Source: an uncultured Planctomycetia bacterium (GTDB taxonomy: Bacteria; Omnitrophota; Gorgyraeia; Tantalellales; Tantalellaceae). Taken from it: a stretch of 64,000 nt of DNA. Positions 52,538-60,308 of the stretch are shown piece by piece (within the stretch, counting starts at the first letter, position 1; each line of letters starts with the position of its first letter). The notes under the pieces are model-generated. The model was not told the DNA's origin, searched no databases, and saw nothing but the letters and a program-made list of their open reading frames with translations. The translations under genes were made by a program, and so were the position numbers. Location: assembly GCA_964421015.1 (NCBI GenBank), contig CAYQUS010000002.1, positions 72,538-136,537 of the forward strand, in the 5' to 3' direction.

Positions 52538-54247
52538 ATGGAAGAGAAAAAGACGAATTTCATACGCGACCTGATCACCAGGGACCTTGAACAGGGAAAA
52601 AACGGGGGCAGAGTGCATACCAGGTTCCCCCCGGAACCCAACGGGTATCTTCATATCGGTCACGCCAAATCCATATGCCTTAACCACGGTATAGCCCGCG
52701 ACTATAACGGGAAGTTCAATCTGCGTTTCGACGACACCAACCCCTGCAAGGAAGAGAAAGAGTACGTGGATTCCATAATAGAAGACGTGAAATGGCTGGG
52801 CGCCGACTGGGAAGGGAGGCTTTTTTACGCTTCCGACTATTTCGATAAAATGTACGAGTTCGCCGAACAGCTTATAAAGAAAGGCAAAGCGTACGTGTGC
52901 GATCTGTCTCTTGAGAAGGTCAGGGAATACAGAGGAACGATATCTGAACCGGGCAGGGAAAGTCCCTTCAGGACGAGGACCGCGGAGGAGAACCTGGAAC
53001 TTTTCAGGAGGATGAAAAACGGGGAGTTCCCGGACGCTTCCAGAACTCTCAGGGCCAAAATAGACATGAAACATCCGAATCTTCTGATGAGGGATCCCGT
53101 GATGTACAGGATACTGCACGCGGAACATCACAGAACGGGGAACAAATGGAAGATATATCCCATGTACGACTGGGCTCACGGACTTGAGGATTCCCTCGAG
53201 GAGATAACGCATTCCATATGCACGCTGGAATTCGAGACGCACAGGGAACTTTACGACTGGTTTCTGAAAGAGCTGGGGATCTTTCATCCCAGACAGATAG
53301 AGTTCGCGAGGCTCAACCTCTCCCACACGGTCTTGAGCAAAAGGAAGCTCCTGGAACTTGTCGAAGAAGGACGGGTCCGGGGATGGGATGATCCGCGGAT
53401 GCCCACGATCTCGGGCCTCAGAAGGAGAGGGTACACCCCCGGGGCGATAAGGAATTTCTGCGAAGGGATCGGCGTCGCTAAAATGAACAGTATTGTCGAT
53501 ATGACGGTCCTTGAGAATTCCATAAGAGAAGAACTTAATCTCACGGCAAAACGGGTAATGGCGGTACTTGATCCGGTGAAGGTCGTAATAACCAACTATC
53601 CCGAGGGGAAAACCGAGGAAATGGAAGCCGTCAATAATCCGGAGAACGAGAAGGACGGCAAAAGAAAGATAACTTTCTCGAGGGAGATCTTTATAGAAAA
53701 AGCCGATTTCAGCGAAAACCCGCCGAAAAAATTTTTCCGGCTTTCACCGGGGACGGAGGTGCGGCTCAGGTACGCGTATTTCATAAAGTGCGAAAGCGTC
53801 ATAAAAGACGTATCCTCGGGAGAGATAAAGGAAATAAGGTGCGTATATGATCCGGCTACCCGCGGAGGGGATTCCCCCGACGGAAGAAAGGTCAAGGGAA
53901 CCATACACTGGGTGAACGCCGCCGATTCTTGCCAGGCCGAGGTAAGGCTTTACGAGAGCCTTTTTACGGAAAGAGACCCGCAGGATGTAGCCGAGGGGGA
54001 AGACTATAAAAAGAACCTGAACCCTGGTTCCGAGAAGATAATAAAAGCTTGCCGGATGGAACCGCATCTTCGGTTCGCGGAAAAAGGAGAGAGGTTCCAG
54101 TTCGAAAGACAGGGATATTTTTGCGCCGACCCGAAAGATCACGGCGAGGGAACGCCTGTGTTCAACAGGATAGTTTCTTTGAGGGATACCTGGGCCAAGA
54201 TAAGCTCGAAGGCGGATCCCGGCAAAGACGGGCAAAAAGTTCTTTAA
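52538..54247 (+). CDS. glnS: Glutaminyl-tRNA synthetase
   Basis: [20 protein letters not shown] region and MSKR, GlnRS-type anticodon-binding beta barrels. Start aligned to E. coli GlnRS ([11 protein letters not shown]). Confidence 0.9.
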   Translation: MEEKKTNFIRDLITRDLEQGKNGGRVHTRFPPEPNGYLHIGHAKSICLNHGIARDYNGKFNLRFDDTNPCKEEKEYVDSIIEDVKWLGADWEGRLFYASDYFDKMYEFAEQLIKKGKAYVCDLSLEKVREYRGTISEPGRESPFRTRTAEENLELFRRMKNGEFPDASRTLRAKIDMKHPNLLMRDPVMYRILHAEHHRTGNKWKIYPMYDWAHGLEDSLEEITHSICTLEFETHRELYDWFLKELGIFHPRQIEFARLNLSHTVLSKRKLLELVEEGRVRGWDDPRMPTISGLRRRGYTPGAIRNFCEGIGVAKMNSIVDMTVLENSIREELNLTAKRVMAVLDPVKVVITNYPEGKTEEMEAVNNPENEKDGKRKITFSREIFIEKADFSENPPKKFFRLSPGTEVRLRYAYFIKCESVIKDVSSGEIKEIRCVYDPATRGGDSPDGRKVKGTIHWVNAADSCQAEVRLYESLFTERDPQDVAEGEDYKKNLNPGSEKIIKACRMEPHLRFAEKGERFQFERQGYFCADPKDHGEGTPVFNRIVSLRDTWAKISSKADPGKDGQKVL

Positions 54248-54282
54248 AAAAAAGAGACGTATTGTATAATGTCATTCGCCGC

Positions 54283-54357
54283 TGGGATGTGGTGTAATTG
54301 GTAACACAGCTGACTCTGGATCAGCCATTCCTGGTTCGAGTCCAGGCATCCCAGCCA
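54283..54357 (+). tRNA. tRNA-Gln (anticodon CTG)
   Basis: U1-A72 acceptor TGGGATG/CATCCCA (characteristic of bacterial tRNA-Gln), anticodon loop CTCTGGA, T-loop TTCGAGT, CCA encoded. TATAAT 13 nt upstream. Confidence 0.8.
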
Positions 54358-54470
54358 ACAAAGAGCGCTGTTTCGAGAGATTTTCCCCGGGCGCGGTCCC
54401 AACCAGCCCGGCAACGGCGAACGGAGAAAAACGCAGGTTTTTATTGTCCGTTTGAACAGGCTAACAGAAA

Positions 54471-55580
54471 ATGAAAACAGCCCCGGGAGCTTTCAGGTTT
54501 GCCGCGATATTTTCCGCTATCTTTTTCCTGTCATATTTTTCACAAGCCCAGCTGGACATAGAAAAGCCCAAGCTCGGAGAAAAACCCGACGGTCCCTTCA
54601 GGACCTACTATCGCAGCGGCAAGCTGGCTTCAGAGCTTACCTATAAGAACGGAAAGCTTCACGGCCCGGTCCGTCTTTATTACGAGAGCGGGGTTCTCAA
54701 GGAAAGGTCAGATTTCGATCAGGGACTGCAGGACGGACCCGTGAGAAAATACTACGAAAACGGCCAGCTTTCAGCCGAACTTTTTTACAGGAACGGCCAG
54801 GAAGACGGGATACACAGAAACTACTATGAAAACGGTAAACTCAAGACGGAAGTTAACTACAGAGCGGGCAAAAAAGAGGGTATTTCGCAGCTTTATTACG
54901 ATAACGGCCAGAGATCGGGAGAGTTCGTTTACGTTTCAGGGAAAGAGGACGGCCCCTTCAGAACATACTACAGGAACGGGCAGGTCTATATGGAGGGAGC
55001 CTACAGGGACGGGAAAGCCGAAGGCCCGTACCGGAGCTATTACGAGAACGGGCAGCTGCAAATAGAAGGATCTTACGTTTCCGGAAAGGAAAACGGCCCC
55101 TACAGGTCCTACTACAAGAACGGACAGGTGCACGCGGAAGGAAACCACGGGGACGGGAAAGAGAACGGTCCCTACAAAAGCTATTACGAGAACGGGAAGC
55201 TCCAGGCCGAAGGCGTTTTCAGGAACGACAAAATGGACGGGCCCTACAGGGAATATTATGAGAACGGCCGGCTTAAAGAGGAAGGCACATGCGTTAACGG
55301 GGAAAAGGAAGGTCTTTCAAGAGGATACTATGAGAACGGTGAACTTCTGTATGAAGGATATTTTAAGAACGGCAGAAAAGACGGCGGCATGAAAGTGTTC
55401 TACGATAACGGCAATTTGAGGGAAGTCGGCAACTACAGGGGAGGCGTCCAGGAGGGATCCGTCAGGGTCTACTGGGACAACGGGTCCCTGGGATATGTCG
55501 ATGTCTGGAGAGAAGGAACTCATATAAGCAGGAAAAGTTACGACGCGAACGGCGCTCTGGAAAATTACCAGAGCTTTTAA
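54471..55580 (+). CDS. Secreted MORN-repeat (YwqK/MORN_2-like) protein
   Basis: Signal peptide, then about 13 tandem 23-aa repeats with consensus YYENGxLxxEGxYxNGKxDGPxRxYY. Confidence 0.7.
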   Translation: MKTAPGAFRFAAIFSAIFFLSYFSQAQLDIEKPKLGEKPDGPFRTYYRSGKLASELTYKNGKLHGPVRLYYESGVLKERSDFDQGLQDGPVRKYYENGQLSAELFYRNGQEDGIHRNYYENGKLKTEVNYRAGKKEGISQLYYDNGQRSGEFVYVSGKEDGPFRTYYRNGQVYMEGAYRDGKAEGPYRSYYENGQLQIEGSYVSGKENGPYRSYYKNGQVHAEGNHGDGKENGPYKSYYENGKLQAEGVFRNDKMDGPYREYYENGRLKEEGTCVNGEKEGLSRGYYENGELLYEGYFKNGRKDGGMKVFYDNGNLREVGNYRGGVQEGSVRVYWDNGSLGYVDVWREGTHISRKSYDANGALENYQSF

Positions 55581-55598
55581 AGAAAAAAGAAAGGGACT

Positions 55599-57140
55599 AT
55601 GAAAAAACAAGGCTCCCGCCCGGCGGTCAAAAAAAGACAAAAGCTTCCCGGGAAAAGAACCGGACGAAAAACAAAGAAGCGCAGCGTATTGTTCGTTTCT
55701 TCAGAGGCGGTGCCCTTTTCAAAAAGCGGAGGGCTGGCCGACGTATGCGGGGCGCTACCTAAAGCTCTTGCCGAGAGGGGGCATGACGTCAGGGTGGTGA
55801 TCCCAAGGTACTGGTGCATAAACCCGGCTGACAAGAAGACCGTGATAGGTTCCATGGGAGTTCCCATGGGGACAGGAACGGTATGGTGCAAGGTCCTCGG
55901 GAAGTCTGCAGGGAAGGTAAAATATTATTTCATAGAGCATGACGGATACTTCGGCAGGGCGGGGCTTTATGACGACGGGAAATGGGAGTATCCGGACAAC
56001 GCCGAGAGATTCGGGTTTTTCTCCAAGGCCGCCATACAGCTTGCCAAGGATATCTCGTTCCGCCCTGACATAGTCCACTGTAACGACTGGCAGAGCGCTC
56101 TTGTTCCGGCGTATCTGAAGATAGAGGAGACATCAAATCCGTTTTTCGCCGAAACCGCATCCGTTTTCACGATCCACAACATAGCCCATCAGGGGGTTTT
56201 CCCACGCGAGAAATATCCATTTCTCGCTCTGGGAGAGGAAAACTTCACCGAACCGAAGTTCGAGAGCTGGGGAAAAATACATTTCATGAAAGGCGCTATA
56301 TTCTACGCCGACGCCATAACCACGGTTAGCCCGAGCTATGCCGGAGAAATACTCAGCCCCGAAGGAGCTATGGGGCTTGCGCCGTATCTTGAAAGAAGAA
56401 AAGAAGACATCTCGGGGATACTCAACGGAGCCGATTACGAAAAATGGGACCCTTCAAAGGACGAAATTATCCCGGCCGGATATTCCCTTAAGGATATGTC
56501 GGGGAAAGCCGAGTGCAAAAAAGCGCTGCAGAAAGAATTCGGGCTTGAGATCTCGCCAGATGTGCCGGTAATAGGCATGGTCACGAGGCTTGCCCACCAG
56601 AAAGGGCTTGATCTTGTGGCCCCGGTGATAAAGGATATAGTGAGGAACATGGCCGTTCAGATAGTTATGCTTGGAAGCGGGGAAAAGAACCTGGAAGATT
56701 TTTTCGGACACCTGCCGGCGGAGTTCCCTGGAAAGATAGGCGCGTGGATAGGGTTTAACGAGCATAAAGCCCATCTTATAGAAGCCGGGTCTGATCTTTT
56801 CCTGATGCCCTCTCTTTTCGAGCCATGCGGACTTAACCAGATATACAGCATGAGATACGGCACGCTCCCGATAGTAAGGGAAGCCGGGGGCCTTAAAGAT
56901 ACCGTAGAGCAATACGACGAGAGGACCGGGAAGGGAACGGGTTTCCGTTTTGAAAAAGCCGAGCCCCTGGCCGTTTACTATACCGTAGGATGGGCGGTCA
57001 GCACCTATTATGACAGAAAGGAACATTTCCGGTCCATGCGCAGGCAGGCCATGGAAAAAAACTACTCGTGGGAAAAATCAGTCCCGCGGTACGAGGAAGT
57101 ATACGAAAGAGCTCTTGAAAGGCGGGCCTCATGGAAATAA
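55599..57140 (+). CDS. glgA: Glycogen synthase (GT5) with basic N-terminal extension
   Basis: FVSSEAVPFSKSGGLADV ADP-glucose-binding N-terminal motif, preceded by a 30-aa Lys/Arg-rich segment. RBS GAAAGGGA before the ATG. Confidence 0.9.
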   Translation: MKKQGSRPAVKKRQKLPGKRTGRKTKKRSVLFVSSEAVPFSKSGGLADVCGALPKALAERGHDVRVVIPRYWCINPADKKTVIGSMGVPMGTGTVWCKVLGKSAGKVKYYFIEHDGYFGRAGLYDDGKWEYPDNAERFGFFSKAAIQLAKDISFRPDIVHCNDWQSALVPAYLKIEETSNPFFAETASVFTIHNIAHQGVFPREKYPFLALGEENFTEPKFESWGKIHFMKGAIFYADAITTVSPSYAGEILSPEGAMGLAPYLERRKEDISGILNGADYEKWDPSKDEIIPAGYSLKDMSGKAECKKALQKEFGLEISPDVPVIGMVTRLAHQKGLDLVAPVIKDIVRNMAVQIVMLGSGEKNLEDFFGHLPAEFPGKIGAWIGFNEHKAHLIEAGSDLFLMPSLFEPCGLNQIYSMRYGTLPIVREAGGLKDTVEQYDERTGKGTGFRFEKAEPLAVYYTVGWAVSTYYDRKEHFRSMRRQAMEKNYSWEKSVPRYEEVYERALERRASWK

Positions 57141-57823
57141 CAAGCTCCCGAAAATATAACGGAGGATTGTCGTGCAGGCTATGTTTTTCAAGCTCTCCGG
57201 GGAATTTTGTTTCGGGCGGAGACAACCGGGAGCATTTTATTTGCCAGAGGTGTTCTCTCATAAACACCGTTGAAACTCATTTCATGTCTCCCGAGAAAGA
57301 AAGGGCAAGGTACATTCTTCATCGCAACAGCCCCGAAGACAAGCTTTACAGGGCTTTTCTTGCCCAGGCGATCGATCCGGCGATGAAATTCATAGCGGAA
57401 GGAGAAAGGGGGCTTGACTATGGCTGCGGCACTTCGCCGGTTTTATCCGAGATGCTGGCGGAAAAGGGGCTAAGGTGCGCGTATTACGACCCGTTCTTCT
57501 TTCCGGCATGCCCTCCGGGGCCCTTCGGGTACGTTTTTGCCACTGAGACGGCCGAACATTTTTTCAATCCGGCCAAAGAAATTGAAAGGATGAACGGCCT
57601 TTTAAAAACAGGAGGAATACTGGTCATTATGACCGAAAGATGGGAAGATCTGGACAAATTCCAGGCCTGGCATTATGCCAAGGATCCTACCCATGTCTGT
57701 TTTTATCATGCGGCCACATTCGATTTTATTTCGGAAAGGTTTTCTTTCGAGAAAATATTCGATGACGGGAAAAGAGTCGTGATATTCCGGAAAAAAAATA
57801 AAACCGGGAGATCTATTTTTTAG
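57131..57823 (+). CDS. Class I SAM-dependent methyltransferase with N-terminal Cys4 zinc-ribbon
   Basis: CRLC...CQRC ribbon, motif I LDYGCGTSP, motif post-I, ILVIMTE. Confidence 0.6.
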   Translation: MEITSSRKYNGGLSCRLCFSSSPGNFVSGGDNREHFICQRCSLINTVETHFMSPEKERARYILHRNSPEDKLYRAFLAQAIDPAMKFIAEGERGLDYGCGTSPVLSEMLAEKGLRCAYYDPFFFPACPPGPFGYVFATETAEHFFNPAKEIERMNGLLKTGGILVIMTERWEDLDKFQAWHYAKDPTHVCFYHAATFDFISERFSFEKIFDDGKRVVIFRKKNKTGRSIF

Positions 57824-59480
57824 CGTTTTCCAGCATGTTCTTCGCGTGTGTCACGGCGATAACGCTTTCTTTTTCGCCGCTCATCATTTTAGCGAGTTCC
57901 TTGGTCCTTTCCTCCGGAGAAAGAGCTGACACCGAGACCGACGTTCTGCCTCCGGATACCGTCTTGGAAACTTTTATGTGCCTGTCCCCGAAGGAGGCTA
58001 TCTGGGGGAGATGGGTTATGAGGATGACCTGTCTTGACGAGGAAAGCTCTTTGAGTTTTTTCCCGGTAACGGTTCCCAAACGACCGCCTATCTGGGAATC
58101 TATTTCGTCAAAAACAAGACAGGGAACGGGATCCGCCTTGGTAAGGGCCTTTTTCAGGGCCAGCATGACCCTTGCCGCTTCTCCAGACGAGACAATGTCG
58201 GCCAGAGGTTTCAACTCTTCTCCGGCGTTCGGGCTGATAAAAAAGGTCACCTTGTCGGCTCCGGTGGACGAAAAAGGAGCCTTATCCACTCTGCATTCGA
58301 ATTTAACATGGGGAATACCGAGGTCTTTGAGCTCTTTTTCTATTATGTGCTTAAGGGTTTTAGCGGTTTTTATCCGGACCTCCGAAAGAGCCTCCGCTGC
58401 TTTACGGAGAGCTTTTTCAGAGGCCGCCATTTTCCGGGAAAGTTCACGTGAAGAGGAGTCCATGTCGGAAAGAAGCTCAAACTTTTTTTTGGCGGAAAGA
58501 TAAAAATCTTTAGCCGATTCTACCGAGGGGCCGTATTTTCTGAGAATGTCGTAATAAATGTCGTATTTGCGGTTTATTTCGGCCGCTTCCGCCGGGCTGA
58601 ATGAGAGGTTTTCCAGGTAATCGGAAAGCTCGGAAACAACGAAATCGCAGGAAGATTGTATACCCTCAAGCTCAGAGGACAGTTTTCCGGTAGAGGGATC
58701 TACTTCCATAACGGAACGCATCCTCGAGAAGGCTTTTTGCGAAAGCGCCGATATGCCGGTATCCTCTCCCCCCAGGATGTCGAGCACTTCTCGGGCTTTC
58801 TGGTAAAGTTTTTCGGAGTTTGCTACACGGGAGCTTTCCTCCAGAACTTTCTCATAGCTTGTTCTATCAAGAGGCACCTGTTCGAGTTCCTTTATGGCCG
58901 ATGAAAGATGATCAAGGTCCCTTTCTCTGGACGATGAAAGCTCCCGGAGTTGAGCGAGTTCCTTTTCCAGGGAAGAAAACCCGGCGAAAGCCTCGTCGTA
59001 AACCCGTTTTTCCCCGGTAATGTCGGAAAGCCGGTCCAGCATACCTATGTGGGAGTTTTCCGCGAAAAGGGTCTGATGGTCGTGGGGCCCGGCTATGTCC
59101 ATAAGACGCTCTCCGAGTTCCTTGAGCTGAGAAAGAGTGACGGAGAGACCGTTGACCGCGATCTTGCCGCGTCCGTCGGGAAGGAACGACCGCCTTATTA
59201 TGAGGGTCTTATCTTCTTCCTGGAGGAATTCCGAGAAAGAAGGCAGGCTACAGACCTCGCTGTTTTTGGAGAGGTCGAAAACCGCCTCCACGGAAGACGG
59301 TTTGGAACCGTCTCTGACCAGAGAAGAATTCATTCTTCCCCCCAGCGCCACGCGCATCGCGTCTATCAATATGGATTTTCCGGCGCCAGTCTCTCCTGTA
59401 AAGACGTTAAGGCCTCGGCAGAACTCCGCCTCGAGGGTGTCTATTAGACCGAAATTGGTGATAGTCAGAAGAGAAAGCAT
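57813..59480 (-). CDS. recN: DNA repair protein RecN
   Basis: Walker A GETGAGKS, long coiled coil, C-terminal signature/Walker B, 555 aa. Confidence 0.9.
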   Translation of the reverse strand: MLSLLTITNFGLIDTLEAEFCRGLNVFTGETGAGKSILIDAMRVALGGRMNSSLVRDGSKPSSVEAVFDLSKNSEVCSLPSFSEFLQEEDKTLIIRRSFLPDGRGKIAVNGLSVTLSQLKELGERLMDIAGPHDHQTLFAENSHIGMLDRLSDITGEKRVYDEAFAGFSSLEKELAQLRELSSSRERDLDHLSSAIKELEQVPLDRTSYEKVLEESSRVANSEKLYQKAREVLDILGGEDTGISALSQKAFSRMRSVMEVDPSTGKLSSELEGIQSSCDFVVSELSDYLENLSFSPAEAAEINRKYDIYYDILRKYGPSVESAKDFYLSAKKKFELLSDMDSSSRELSRKMAASEKALRKAAEALSEVRIKTAKTLKHIIEKELKDLGIPHVKFECRVDKAPFSSTGADKVTFFISPNAGEELKPLADIVSSGEAARVMLALKKALTKADPVPCLVFDEIDSQIGGRLGTVTGKKLKELSSSRQVILITHLPQIASFGDRHIKVSKTVSGGRTSVSVSALSPEERTKELAKMMSGEKESVIAVTHAKNMLENAKK

Positions 59481-59561
59481 ATTTTATAAAACGGGCTGTA
59501 AGATCTTATACGGGAGCATTCTACCACCCCCTGCGGGATTTTGGAACAACATGTTTTTCAT

Positions 59562-59593
59562 AAAAAAACCCGGGCGGTTAAACCCGGGTTTTT
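59562..59593. terminator. Bidirectional rho-independent terminator (csp 3' end)
   Basis: AAAAACCCGGG-CGGTTAAA-CCCGGGTTTTT. On the minus strand the hairpin is followed by UUUUUUU. Confidence 0.65.
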
Positions 59594-59615
59594 CGTCAGC
59601 TGTATGCAAAGCAGG

Positions 59616-59816
59616 CTATATCTTGGAAACGTTGGCGGCTTCCTGTCCTTTCGGACCTTCTTTTATTTCGAATTCGACCGCCTGGCCTTCTTCGAGGGAT
59701 TTGTAGCCATCCCCGGTTATGGCGCTGAAATGAACGAAAACGTCATTTCCGTTTTCCGGAGTTATAAAGCCGTAACCTTTTTTGTTGTTGAACCATTTGA
59801 CAGTGCCCTTTACCAT
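59616..59816 (-). CDS. cspA: Cold-shock protein (CspA family)
   Basis: [18 protein letters not shown] with RNP1/RNP2 motifs. Start at M12 of the track ORF, preceded by GGAGGT. About 180-nt 5' leader upstream. Confidence 0.9.
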   Translation of the reverse strand: MVKGTVKWFNNKKGYGFITPENGNDVFVHFSAITGDGYKSLEEGQAVEFEIKEGPKGQEAANVSKI

Positions 59817-59988
59817 TTTCGGTACCTCCTTTTGCGCGAAAGCGGACAAGTCATGAAAAAAACCGCAAGGCTGAAATCTTACGCCTTACGGTAACGACCC
59901 TTAACACATTATCACCTCGATATTGTTCGCGTCCAAACTTTCGCAATTGCTTGTTAATAAATGAATTATACACCCTGGGCCGGGCAAG

Positions 59989-60025
59989 TCAAGAAAAAAG
60001 AAACTCCGCGGGATTTACCCGCGGA
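59989..60025 (-). terminator. Rho-independent terminator after tRNA-Leu
   Basis: 9-bp stem CTCCGCGGG-ATTTA-CCCGCGGAG, then a U-rich tract on the minus strand. Confidence 0.55.
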
Positions 60026-60030
60026 GCTGT

Positions 60031-60118
60031 ATGGTGCGCGAGGCGAGATTTGAACTCGCACAAGGTTGCCCCCGCTAGCCCCTCAAGCTAGTGCGTCTGC
60101 CAGTTCCGCCACTCGCGC
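60031..60118 (-). tRNA. tRNA-Leu (anticodon GAG)
   Basis: 88-nt type II tRNA: acceptor GCGCGAG/CTCGCGC, anticodon loop TTGAGGG, long variable arm, T-loop TTCAAAT, CCA encoded. Close to E. coli tRNA-Leu. Confidence 0.8.
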
Positions 60119-60308
60119 GTAGATCGGAAAAATATCCAAAGTGCCTTTGTCTCGAAAGCAAGAACCCCACAATTATAGGCGAATCGGCAAAAAAAAACAA
60201 CAAATTTTGCGATCACAAGCCCGAGAGACGCCGAAACAAGGAAAATGCGACAGCAAAACACATTAGAAGAATAAAAAGCTTAAAATTAGTAATAATATGT
60301 TAAAATCT

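Noticed and set aside
51770-53326. 518-aa minus-strand ORF
   Set aside because: Antisense to gltX and glnS, both with unmistakable class I synthetase motifs.
54560-55440. Periodic DNA repeats resembling an array
   Set aside because: They are in-frame, diverged coding repeats of the MORN protein (69-nt period). No spacer/repeat structure.
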